64,000 bases of DNA from Klebsormidium nitens (lineage: Eukaryota; Plantae; Klebsormidiophyceae), in assembly GCA_000708835.1 (NCBI GenBank), contig DF237036.1:62001-126000 (forward strand), in the 5' to 3' direction. Below, in pieces: positions 1 to 11,497 of the stretch (position 1 is the first letter of the stretch; each line of letters begins with the position of its first letter). Position numbers and translations under genes: made by a program. The notes beneath the pieces were generated by a model. It was not told where the DNA came from, searched no databases, and was given only the letters and a program-made list of their open reading frames with translations.

Positions 1-29
1 AGACCAACAAATCTACTAAATAAAAGCGT

Positions 30-1290
30 ATTGCAATATCAAGCAGGTGTCATTGTCCAGTCGCATCGCCCTCTCCTAATGGCATTTCAGATGATGCACT
101 TTGGCGAGATTGTGCTGGCCCTTTCGCAATGTCCACGTAGCAGTCGAGAAGGGCACAAAGAAGAAGAGGAGGCTAGCGTAGTTTCCACCGGAATCTTCGC
201 TTCGAAAACGTCAAACGAAAGAGGACTATACGAAATAGTCAAGGAGAGGCCAAGAGACGACCATCGCCTGTTCTCCAACAACAGCCGTGTGTAGCTTTCC
301 GCAGCTTCTTGGTAACTCTCCAATGTCAGTGCATGCTAGTTAAACTGAGCTAGCAATGCTGCACCCTTTGCGTGAAACCTCAATGACGAACCACCACCTC
401 GAACGCCAGAAAAGCTGGATCAGAGAATGAAGAACTGAAGGAGACTCTTGCCTGTACTTTGGAAGAAGTCTCTTGTATTAGATGTCCGTCGCCTCTTGAT
501 GGTGGCTTCAAAGAGAGTGCATGCTGGCAAATTTAGCTTATGCTTGCTCGCACCGCTTCAGGAGATAATACTCTGATCCCGGGACTGAAACAGAAGAGCG
601 AATGATCCGTGGAGAAAGACTTGCCTGTTCTCCAACAATAGCCGTTTGTAGATGTCGGTCGCCTCTTGGTAGTGGCTCCCCAGATAGTGCACACTGGCAA
701 GACTCAACAAGTACGTGCTCGTCCCTTTCAACGAATAATACTTTGCCGAGCCACGATCACTTCTCAGGAGTGAATCAGCAGAATGGACCTCAGAAGTGAA
801 TCAGCGAAATGGACCTCCACGATCCGTGAGGAGACTTGCCTCTTTTCTCAATGAGCAATCTTTGTAGGTGTCCTTCGCCTCTTGATGGTGGCTTCGTAGA
901 GTGCACGCTGGCAAACTCAGCAGATACCCGCTCGCGCCCTTTCAGAAGACAACACTCCGATCCCGGGACTGAAGCGGGAGAACAAAGAAACCATGAAGAG
1001 AGACTTGCCTGTTCTCTAAAAGTATTCTCTTGTAGATGTCCGTCGCGTCTTGGTAGTGGCTCCGCAGATAGTGCACGCTGGCAGGACTCGGCTGAAACTT
1101 GCTCGAACCCTTTCAACGAATAGTACAACTGCCGACTCACGAATCTGTTCCAGATGTGAACGAGCAGAATGGACAATTCCAGAGGAGACTTGCCTGTTCT
1201 CCAGAAGAAGTCTCTTGTACTTGTCCGTCGTTTCCTTGATAGTGGCTCCGTAGATATTGCGCGCTGACCAAAATGAGCTTGTACTTGCAC
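30..1290 (-). repeat. Tandem array of seven degenerate copies (about 170-215 bp period) of the 3' half and 5' splice site of IFT56 exon 1384-1579, inside the downstream intron
   Basis: The motif (a/t)cttgcctg, which is the reverse complement of the exon-end/donor junction, recurs near 446, 619, 834, 1003 and 1188 and in the real exon at 1378. Each is followed by about 85 bp similar to the exon end. More decayed copies lie at about 262-330 and 60-115. Spacers alternate in a dimer of about 385 bp (ctc[t/c]gatcccgggactgaa near 571 and 955; ccctttcaacgaata near 723 and 1108). Confidence 0.9.
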
Positions 1291-1383
1291 GCCCCCTTCG
1301 AATGACTTCAACGACAAAGCACGAAAGGAACGCGCAACGGAACCAGATGGCAGATGGCAGATGGCACCCTGAACGAGACTTGC

Positions 1384-3574
1384 CTGTTTTCTAGAAGAAG
1401 TCTCTTGTAGATGTCCGTCGCCTCTTGATAGTGGCTCCGCAGATAATGCACACTGGCCAAACTGAGCTGGTCTTCCAGGCTGTCCGTCAGTTGCTGGTGG
1501 AACTGCATCAGCTTCGCCTCATCGCCCGACTTATGTGCCAAGTGAAAGAGAAGCCGCGTTTGAAGAGGGTTCTTCGGACCTGCAAAGCAAAGTACTTGGA
1601 TCCTTACATCCTTACATCCTACATCATTGCGGTTATTTCTAACATCGCTTGCTGTCAAGAATTGTTAGTATCTGTCAGTTCCTGGCGAAACTGCATCAGC
1701 TTCGCCTCATCACCCGACTTATGCGCCAAGTGGAACAACAAGCGCGTCTGGAGGGGCTTCTTGGGCCCTGTGATTCTGTAGATCCAGAAGATGGGAATTC
1801 TAGACAACAATCTTCTTTTTGGTCTAAGATCCAGCTTCGCTTACTCGAAGTCTGCATCAAGAGCAGATTCTTGGGGCCTGTGATTGAAACGTCTGGATCA
1901 ATCAGTGGCAAGAAACTCAGTGAACAAGAAGTCCACAATGCCGTCGAAAAACCAAGGCAAATGTTCGCTTCGCACACGCACTACTCTAAACCTCCCTACC
2001 TAAACAATCCGACCGTCCCAGCACTGTCTTCGCGTTGTTCGCTGAGCTTAGGTTTCTATTTATAATTCAAAGCGGTGAATAGAGGGTAAGGGCTATGGTG
2101 CGATATGTGATTGCAAACTTGATTGAATTGAAAGATTTGCATCAGCGTCGCCTCCCTGCGTGACTTGTCAAACGAGAGAGGCGTCTGGAAGATCTTTTAG
2201 GGCTCGCAAAACGACAGGGCTCGGGTATTGTAAGTCGTCACCACCTTCCGCAGACGCTCAAAGCTCGGGCTGTGACGACTTTCATGGAGGGGGTGACGTT
2301 CTGAAAGTTGTTGTCCGACTTGTGCACAGAAAGGAACAAAGATGCCTTCTATTCGCAGCGTTCTTGAGTCCAAAAACAAAAAGGTTCCGCTATAGTAAGA
2401 TCATCACGCCCCTCTGATGCAGCCAATTTCTCTCCCATGCTGATTCCCGTTCGTCTTTTCTGCTTTGCCTTTCTCTCCCTTGAGCAGTCAGATCCAAGCC
2501 AGAACCTCCCTCACCTTTCAGCGCTTCTTCCTCCGCCTCCTTATAACGCCCCATGTGGTATAAGCAGGCAGCCGCATAGCTATGGTACATCCCATCTGCG
2601 TGTGGCTGCTCAGCCAGCTCCTTATAGATGGCCAGCGCCTTATCGTGTAACCCATAGTGGAAGTAGCTGTACGCTAACCACTCTGAGGTCTTTGGATCCT
2701 TCTTGTCAGCCTGCAGTTACATGGAACGGGTGGTTGAGAAAAGCTGAGATTTTCTAGAGAGCGCAAATTTGAAAAGCACTTCAGCTTGGCTGTCAGCGAG
2801 ACGCATTGATTCCAATGGACTCCTTCCAAACAGGCTGCACAAGAGCGTTCAAGTCCGAAGAAGCTGGGTTTTGGCACTTCAATGTAAGAGCGTTAACTGC
2901 CTGTGTCAACCTGAGAAACTTTGGTGTTTAACCAAGCCGGTCAATGATCTTCTCATTAAAGTTGCGACCATGCCAATGCTGTGTAAGGAGGGAGAGCATT
3001 ACCAAATTGGCCTCCGAACAGGTCCTGATGTCTCCACTGACGAGCCCGGTATGCCTCAGGCGGTTCTCAATAGGAAAATTTTGATCAAGCTGGTCAAGGT
3101 CTACCCCAAATTTGGGAGCAAGCAATCAGTCGGAACCGTCACTGAAGTTGGCTGTCACCAAGACATTCTGACGGAAATCAAGTTCGATTAATCAGCGCTA
3201 CTTCACAAGCCAGTAGCTAGTGGGGTTACATGCAAAGATTTCAAGTCCTTCTAAGCAAGGGAAAGCTTCCTTCTACAGCCTATTCCGAGCACCCTGCTAC
3301 TTACAGTATTGTCTAATTCCAATTGGCTACAATCAGCTACAAACCGACCAGTCTAGATTGACTTCGCACCAAAAGTCGGAGGTTCCTTGGAAGAAGCTGT
3401 AATGGTAAGCTTGAAGGATCAGCTCACCAGTCGGCGGAACTCCAAAAGTGCGACAGCCCCTACATAGTCCCGCTTTTGCAGCAGCTCCTCGAGCTCTGGG
3501 ACCTTTGGCTTGGAGTCACGCTGCGTTTTATCTGTCTGCGCACCCGCCGTGCTCCTTGCTCTAGAGAGTATCAT
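1384..3574 (-). CDS. IFT56: Intraflagellar transport protein 56 / TTC26 (DYF-13), 5' part; exons 3428-3574, 2515-2710, 1384-1579; the gene continues beyond the left edge
   Basis: Spliced translation MILSRARSTAG...PELEELLQKRDYVGAVALLEFRRL|ADKKDPKTSEWLAYSYFHYG...YKEAEEEALKG|PKNPLQTRLLFHLAHKSGDEAKLMQFHQQLTDSLEDQLSLASVHYLRSHYQEATDIYKRLLLENR matches the conserved TTC26 N-terminus as I recall it (RLLFHLAHK, DQLSLASxHYxRSHYQEAxDIYKR). Phases are consistent (0, 1, 2). The donor after 1384 is CAG|GCAAGT (GC-AG intron). Confidence 0.95.
1670..1890 (-). repeat. Copy of the acceptor and 5' half of IFT56 exon 1384-1579 in the upstream intron (1670-1767), plus a short second copy near 1865-1885
   Basis: The reverse strand reads ATCACAG|GG CCC AAG AAG CCC CTC CAG ACG CGC..., giving GPKKPLQTRLLFHLAHKSGDEAKLMQFRQELTD and a stop shortly after. 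The real exon gives GPKNPLQTRLLFHLAHKSGDEAKLMQFHQQLTD. Confidence 0.92.
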
Positions 3575-4790
3575 GGTGCTTCCTGGCAATGATTACAGGC
3601 CAGAATGGATCAACCTTGCAAGCCCCATCTACACTTAAAGAAGGACTCTGCCTGGCAGTCGGGACCTTAGGCAATTCGGTCTCAGACCCTGCTGAGCTGA
3701 CCAAATCGAAAACATTGAATTGACCAGGTGGAGACACAGGCTATTTAATTTAGGAGCCAAGTTGTGCGATCTTTTTTCACAACTTAGTCTTTTTGTGTCA
3801 CATTGCTCAAATCCCACGCAGGCCCCTGCGGACTGGTCCAGATGATGTATACTCTACCAAAATGGGCTTGCTTTCTTGGCCCAGCAAGTGTGTATGCGTG
3901 GCTCGAATCGAGCTCCTTCACAGGTGGTGCCTGGTCTGCCAACTGATCTATGCACAGCGCTTGCTTCTGGCGTAATTTAAGATGCCTGGAAGAAGTGAGA
4001 GGCAGCTGTTGGTTCGAAAGCAGGGGCACTGAGAAGTTCACATCAAGCTATCAGCTGGCCATTGTCCGGTCACGACTTTGAAGAGTTCTGATCAAAAGCT
4101 GAAGGCTGAAGCAGCTCTCTTCTTGCACACGAGGATTAGGGTTCGCAGATGCTCCAAGGCCGTTTCGACGCGCGCTGTGCGCGCAAAATTACAAGGATTT
4201 CACAAATTAATCTACCGGTACTCGCGTAGCGTTACCGTTACGTACCGTTCGTACCGCCGGCTTCTTTTGACCGCAGCAATCATTCCGAGAATTTCCGACC
4301 CATAAACGGTCGGACGGTGGCCCCATATTACCCCCGGCCACGTTGCATCGAATAGGCGCTGTAAACCAACCACAGTATCGACTGTAGAGTGCAAACCCCA
4401 AACAAGCATGCGGCCATACACCGGTAGCGGGATTCTTGACAACCCGCCGAGCCATTTTTAACCGGATGGACCGGAAGCACAAGTTGTCAGTACATTATTC
4501 GGTTATTCGGTATATTCGGTTTGAATCATCTCCACTTAAATGCTCATATCGTAATCTGCAGCGGGCCGCGGCCAGTAAGATCGTGAGTCCAAGTCGGGCC
4601 CGCGCCGCCCTGTTTTTTATGCGAAAATTAATGAGAGCTTCGAGTGACGTCACCAAAGATTCGGAGAAAGACCAGCGGTAAACCGCTGCCAAGTGGCACC
4701 ATGTAAAGCTCAGATGTTCTCTCATCCGTTCGATGTAGAAGATCGCCATTAAGGCTTGATCGACAGACCAATCACAGCCATGTATCTAGA

Positions 4791-5408
4791 TTATGGAATA
4801 GAAAGTTGCGGTTCAGTTTGCAGGACAGGTGGCGGGCGTTTATCAAGAATGCAGAGCTTCCGATCCGCACTGCAGGCTGCAGCACGCTGCACAGGCAGAG
4901 TTTCGTGCCGCAGCTTCGTGAGAAAGCTCCCTCCATCCAGGCGTTGCAGGGAGTTCTTCAAAAAATTTGAAGAAAGCTGCCAATGGCAGTGGAGACGCGG
5001 TAGGACAGTTTTGCTGCCGAAAGCATACATTAATCTGAAGGCCGCCCGCAAGCTGAGGATCAAGAGGTCTTCCAGGTTGGGACAGAGAGGGGGACAAGGG
5101 TCCTTCTCTAGAATGATTGATCATCCTGACAAGGAAGGGTGCTGCAGACTGACGGCTTTTCCACCTTGCGTAGATGGTAAAGCTGGCCCCACGTAACTTT
5201 GAATTGTAGTGAAGGAGGTTGGTCCATCAATCGTTTCTCCTCCTCCTAGGTGCAACATTGTCAACTTAGTTGGCTCGTAATTTGTTTTAGGAGCAAAGGA
5301 GGCGCCGCGCTGGCTCAACAGCAGCTCCTTGAGTACCTGGTAATGCATTGATGCTTCCTGGCATTTTAAGTACCTGCCAGGTGTCGGAAAAAAAGTGACA
5401 GCTGTCAC
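4791..5408 (-). pseudogene. Possible decayed LRR-like coding remnant between IFT56 and the PB1 gene
   Basis: ORFs 5121-5408 and 4791-5063 are in the same frame, interrupted by one TGA. The frame contains LRR-like pieces (TKLTMLHL, CPNLEDLLIL). The family assignment is weak. Confidence 0.3.
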
Positions 5409-5438
5409 GGTTGCGTCAAGCTTTCAGCAGAAGCTGAA

Positions 5439-7179
5439 ATGGACTCCCGCCCACCCTCAAGCCAGGGGGTTGCGGTGGGATCTTTAGAGCCAAAGTCCGC
5501 TAGGGTACTTTGCAGCATAGGCGGGGAGATCCTATGGAATATCCACAAGGGATGCTACATCTACTCAGGGGGCGACACTCGCATCTGGACGCTTGAGCGC
5601 GACATCAGCTTCCGTGAGCTCATGGCAAAGTTGAGCGCTTATTACCACACGGTGTCGTTTGTAAAGTACCAGCTACCAGACTTGGACCTTGACACATTGG
5701 TTTCGGTGTCGGGAGACGAAGACGTGGATATGATGATGGACGAGTACGAATTGGCGGAAGGGCGGGGAAGGCGGTTGCGGTTGTTTCTGTTTCCTGTGGA
5801 CGAGGGAAACTGGTGGTGGGAAAGGAAAAGAGGAGCTGGGTCGCGGGATGTATCGCCGCGGGTGAGCTTACATACATTCAACATAGAAATGCGCTCACAA
5901 GTTCAACAATTTTCCTTCAACTGTTCTCCTGTTTCTTTTGCTATGGTCGTTTCTAGTTTGTGTTCGTATGAGAGTAGGACGAGTTGTATTTCATGGCACT
6001 TTCCTCTTATTCTCACAAACAGACTACTTCTCTTATTGCGACCATCTTAAATCCCTGTCTGTGCGCTTGTTCTCTTCCTCTGCACGTATTTCTGATTGAT
6101 GTTTGGGTGTTGTTGTCCATAATGACGATCCAAGTTGTTGTGTTACTTAGTTGCATCATTGTCTGATGGGTCTGGTTGTCCATTTGTCACTTCGTTTTAC
6201 GGAGCTGGGTTCCACTGCAGTTTGCCTGTCATGTCATACTCCTTTGCATAGGACTCTCTGCCCAGCTAGCTTTTCTCTTTTACCTGTTTCTTTGAGCAGA
6301 GTTTGTGTGATGAGGCCTCTTAGTCTAGCATAACTGTTAAGATGACAAGTCTAAAATGGGTCGCACCTCAATTATTCTGGCCTGATGTATGCGGCATGGC
6401 AGGTTGCGAACAGGCATGAGGATTCCCTTGTACTATTCGGACATTGATTGAAGAGCAAGCCCCAGCTGCTCAGCTTGGAGAGGTCTCTGTTTTTGCGCGC
6501 ATCGCTTTCAAAGGGGTTTTCAATCCTTGGGAAGCTCCTGGGCTTTGCTTGCGGAAACTAAAAATTCAAATTGGTTGTCTTTGCGAAGGAGACGGCCTCG
6601 ATGCTCCATTTTCTCTTCTCTGACAAGGAAGAAAGAAGAGCATGTTCTTGTTTCTTTTCATTTGCAGCCATCTATACCTCTGACGTCAAATCTATCTTGC
6701 AGGGAATGATATCGCGACCGGTGTCTCCTCTAGAAGCCCTCCTTACCCCCCGTTCCGGAAGCTCCGCCAGCCCCCATCTTCTATCCTCAAAGAGCCTCTC
6801 GGACCTCCACGTGGGCCATCACCTATCCACCACGAGGCATACCCTATCCCCACCTCGGAACCATTCCGGCCGCCCCCCCCCTTCCAAGTCCCCCATTTCC
6901 TCCCCCCGCCACGTGGACTGGAGACGTTCTCACGGACTGTCCCCCCCAAAAGTGAAAAGCATCAGGGTGACCCCTCGGCGCTGCAGCAATTCCTCGCCGG
7001 AGATTCTGGCAGACTGGACTATGCTGAATGCACTACCCCCCCAGAAATTCGAGGATCGCTCGGCGACGACGTCCCCCGGGTTGATTGACTGGAACCTTTC
7101 CCCCCGGCCTGCGAACGGGCACTCTGGGTCAGCGGCACTTTCCCCGAGGCCCCCCCGCATTCACACAGGGCGAATGTGA
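5439..7179 (+). CDS. Plant-type PB1 (octicosapeptide/Phox/Bem1p) domain protein with a Ser/Pro-rich tail; exons 5439-5861 and 6703-7179 (about 299 aa)
   Basis: VLCSIGGEI...YSGGDTRI...RDISFRELMAKL...VKYQLPDLDLDTLVSVSGDEDVDMMMDEY...RLRLFLF matches the plant PB1 consensus. The donor CGG|GTGAGC and acceptor TTGCAG|GGA join in phase 0. Confidence 0.85.
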
Positions 7180-10100
7180 ACAGTTACTGAGAAACCTTAG
7201 TCTCATGAACCCACGATTCAAAGACCCCACAAAATTCAAAATTGGAGGAAAGTCAAAACACCGAAGCTCGAAACAGCTGGGGGCTTGGTAGTTTCGTGAA
7301 TGGACGTCATCGATTTGCCCCGCACATGCAGCGGCAGTGGGGCACTGAAACACGGGGAGACCCTCGGCGTCAACCCATTAACCTTCTTGGTTAACCGCCA
7401 GGTTAGCATGCCCTTTGATGGCCTCTCGTGTGTCTCAACGCACCCTTTATTATTCCTATACGGATCTTGTTTACGTCAACAGTCGACAGCTAGCTTGCAG
7501 GAGCGGCTGCCAACACGTTCGACCTCAGCTGCGAACGAATTGAGTGATGCATACTTGAGAAACTCAGTAAGTCGGGTTTGATTGCTCAATGATTGCTTTG
7601 AACGTAATGAGTTACACCTGAGAATTATGTGATATCTGAATTTGAGTAGCAGACCCCCAGTGCAGATAAACGCAGCCAATCTTAGTCAACATCATACGAA
7701 GAATCGGTGCTTAACGCCACAATGATCCCTTAACCTTGTTGCGACTTGCAGCACAAGTGCTTGCGTCTAGACTAACCAGGAAGCAACCCGCCGTGCAGGT
7801 GCGCATGCAGTGCCGATTGATTGGGTGCTCATACGAGCTCCCACGCCATTGCCTATGAGGGCCACAGCCCGGCGCTTGGGCATAGGCTATTGAGGTTGAA
7901 ACATTTGACAACCCCCCACATCTGGCGACGGGGCCCACCAAACCTGTCCATATAGCTGGTGCAAGTGCAAGGCTGCCTCTTTGCCACGTCATCACAGCCA
8001 GTAGATATTCCGACTGCAATGAAGCAATCAGATGCTGAGCGTCTGGGGTAGCGGCACCAGGCTCCAAACAGGTTCGTCTCTTTCTTTTTCTATATCTTTC
8101 CAATAATCCGAAGTGTTGGCTTCAGGTTCTGAATTTGCTTTGACGCGTTTTCGGGTTTTGGTCTAGTCCCTATTTTGGTCTATTCCTCGATACCTTCTTG
8201 AATTAGAGTAGACGTCCCATTCTCACTTAGTTTCGATTCCTATCTATCGTTTCGATTCCTATCTATCGTTTTTCTTTGCTGAATAAGGCCAAAACTTACA
8301 ATTGTGGCTTCGCGCTGATATACCAAACCTCGCCTTGAGAGTCACACAGTTTATGATGGTCAGATCAGAACCTTTGACGAATTTCGTTGAGGGCCCGATA
8401 AAGGGCTGCATCCTAAGGCTAGATTCCAATGCGTATGTGGTCGAAGGGCTTTGATTTGGCCAAACCTGTGGAGGATCTTCGAACTGCAAGCGCCGTGAAA
8501 AAGTGCTCTGACGGTCGTCGATGGGGTGGGTGGGCGAGGCTCGTTGAATTGATCTATCATGAATTTCGGAGAGGTTTCATCTTGCTTATCGTTTCCTGCT
8601 ACGCGCGCTTATTTTTGGTGAAGTTGACCTGACACGGGGTCCACTCTTATGCAGGGTTAGAAGCAGCGGGTTGAGAAGTTACTTCGCAAGTTTTCCAGAT
8701 GCAAGCGACTTGAGGGTCAAAGAGGAAAGCTGCTACTGCCTTCTGATGTATTAACGTCGCTCTAACCAAAGAGGGTAGGGATGTCCGCCTTTAGATAGGG
8801 GCCTTCCGCTCTGATTACGTGACCGCTGGTTGATATATTGGCTGCTCAACAAGTTTGAAAGGTAGGATGTTGCGGCCGTGCATCGTGTCAAAGTGGCCGT
8901 ATGTCAAAACGACTAGCGCCCCTGCATTCTCGCAGCGATGTCTATGTAGGCTGAGACACTGGACAGACCGTGACGTACAGACTGCATATAGACAGACTCT
9001 CCTTTCGACAGGAGGACTTCCTAGAGCATTGCATTTAGCATAACCTTTGTCGACACAGACGGATTGCCCGTTTGATTTGAAAGGTCGAGCTAGCACTTCA
9101 ACGTGCCGAGTCAAAATTCAATGAAAAGAACGCTCTGTAACTAAGAACTTTAGTTGTCAATCAAACAAGGAACTCTGGCATCGTCATACACGCCGTGACG
9201 TTGACAGTTGCGGACTCACTTCGAGTGCACATGCACTTAATCTATTGTAAGTTTCAAGTTTGCAAATCCATTACACAATTTCAACGTTCGACTCATCGGC
9301 GCCGCGCCGCGATATTGTTCAAATTAGAAATGGAGCCTCGAATCATGTGGCTATATCCATGCAGATTGGATTCCCCGAGCCGCCCGGTACTAACACGCTG
9401 CGAAATGATCGATCGGACGAGCCTGGCGGCAGCACGGCCCGCATGTCGCGACTGCATCTACGCACCATGGCATGACGCATGCAAACATCACATGATCAAT
9501 CCCTTATAACTTTAAACATTAAAAGCAGCAAGAATCTGCAAATGACGACGTACGTGCAGTAAAATGATCGATCCATCCATGGCATGCAATGCATCAGTGA
9601 ATGATTCGAATCAACTTGCCCGGTCGAGCTAGGAAACGGGCGAAGCACTAGCTGGCCAAGTGTCATGCCATATGCCCTCGGTGCCAGATCGCCTCGGCTA
9701 GCCAATCAGCGTGCAACACGTGGCGCTACCGTAGTGTAACCAGTTAGTTTAACGTAAGCTAGGTTAGCGTAACTTAATTATAACCGCGTAGAATCCGACT
9801 AGGATAGGATCTGGACGACCACGCGGTATTGGATGTCCAACGACCAATCAAATCAGCCAACATCCAATGATAATGCGATTCAATCCAAGTACGTTCTGCA
9901 ACGATCCCGGGGTACATAACCAGTTATGTTACCGCGGGTATGTTACCGACAGTAACCAGGTTAGATACTAGGAACGTAGCGTGCTCAATGCATGCGGACA
10001 TCCAACGCCGCTAATGCCATTGGAGATCCAAACTCAATTGGCGATCCTACGAGTACTTAAGCCAATTGGGATCACCATTCCCAATTCGACTTTCATTCAA

Positions 10101-11143
10101 GTCATTATCAACCATCGTAATTGGACCCCGTGTCCAACCAGCATCCGAGCGCCTTGAGCGTTCAACCCAGCTTACGAGTGTGCTCGCGTACACTCACCCA
10201 GCCAGCAGTATCGGCGGACCAGGAAGACTACACATTGTACCAGAGTACCAGCAGCGATAGTAACACCATCGACCAGGAGAATCACACGGAGAACAACACC
10301 AACGGTAGTAGTACGAACACGACAGTAACTTAACCGGCCTTATAGCCCTAAGCGTTACCCACTTGTTTCTCATCATCATGTCTCACGCCTCCGGCGACGC
10401 CATCATCCAATCAGTAAGTGTCATGCACCTGTTTCTGTCGTTTGCTAGTGTTTGAGCTTATCCATTGGACATCCAACGGAATTCCTACGAGCCACTGCCA
10501 TTTGGTTGTGAGCCTCAAGGTGAGCCGGTGCGGGTGTTACGAGGGTTGCCTTGAATGTTAGCACGCCACTTCCAATCTTAACTTGTTCAATTGCATTACA
10601 ACTTCATCCTTGCTTTTCACAAGCTGGACATCCCAGCTACCCTACTATAATGAGTGACTATGAATTCCATTCGACCAACACCATGCATCATATAATATAA
10701 CATTCTTTTGATCCACATGTCGCGCTACAACCTTACCGAGCCCAATCGAATGCCGAGCCTATATCGCATGACACAAGGCTAGCGTAAAAGCGCCTTAAAG
10801 TGGCCTGACGTTTGTCGCCGGCGACCCCGTTGCCCCCGGGCCCTGGCACCGTGTCTATGACACGCCGTAATCAAGGACTGTGACTGCAAGCTTCCTCCCC
10901 GCTTCATCGATCGGTGAACGCATCAATGGCGACGCCGCTTGTTTGAAGGTCCAAGATAGTATCTCGTGAACGCGTAATGACAACGGAGGTGTTCCGACAG
11001 TGAAACTTGGGAGTTTTCGATAAGATCTAGAAGCCCCTAGCACACAAAGTAGAAAGTCTAACCTAAGACATCATGCGCTCCGTACCCCCACCCATTCCAA
11101 CCACCGAACCAACCCTACCGCGTCCCCCGGATGCCTATCATTA

Positions 11144-11497
11144 TCAAGGAACACTTCGTTTGGTGTACATTTCCTTTGCCAGAATCTCGTATAAAGTACT
11201 ATCTTGTAACGGAGAGTCCACGTGACGCGTCCGGGTTGCACGGCATCGAAGCATATGGTAGATGAGTTGCGGAAACAAAGGCTCGAGAACGTGTAAGAGC
11301 AAGCACTCAGTTCTCGACGCCCATTCTTGGACGTTTCGACCCGTAAAGAGGCGTTTTCCAGGATCATTCGATGTTCGCTAGGTCCAGAAGCAGGCAAAAT
11401 GACGGTCGCAATCCGACTCACTGCTCTCAGAATTAAACCTGAAGATCGTGAGGGCCCCCCACTTTCCTGAGGCCCTCGGAGCGTTTCCGTCCTCAGG
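11144..11497 (-). mobile_element. Possible LTR-retrotransposon gag-like remnant, with an internal stop
   Basis: A frame not shown in the ORF track reads ...FACFWT*RTSNDPGKRLFTGRNVQEWASRTECLLLHVLEPLFPQLIYHMLRC...DSTLYEILAKEMY. FTGxNVxEW resembles the gag N-terminal F-x-G-x-N-x-x-x-W motif. No LTRs were found. Confidence 0.2.

Noticed and set aside
619-1091. Echoes as classical mutually exclusive exons
   Set aside because: They cover only half of the exon, and the real exon has no internal GT/GC donor at the CAG|CTC point that would let them substitute. Not excluded without RNA data, but not supported.
30-1390. Regularly spaced repeat-plus-spacer array resembling CRISPR
   Set aside because: The repeats are about 85-bp degenerate copies of a host exon, the spacers are related to each other, the DNA is eukaryotic and there are no cas genes.
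4200-4760. TTAA-flanked segment as a piggyBac/MITE insertion
   Set aside because: The ends are not inverted repeats. The ACCG/CGGT periodicity is suggestive, but no TIR or TSD pair could be defined.
8259-9114. Helitron helicase or OTU-like protease fragments (FVKGSDLTIINC; LTYGHFD)
   Set aside because: The resemblance is limited to a few residues, with no supporting helicase motifs or hairpin-CTRR end.
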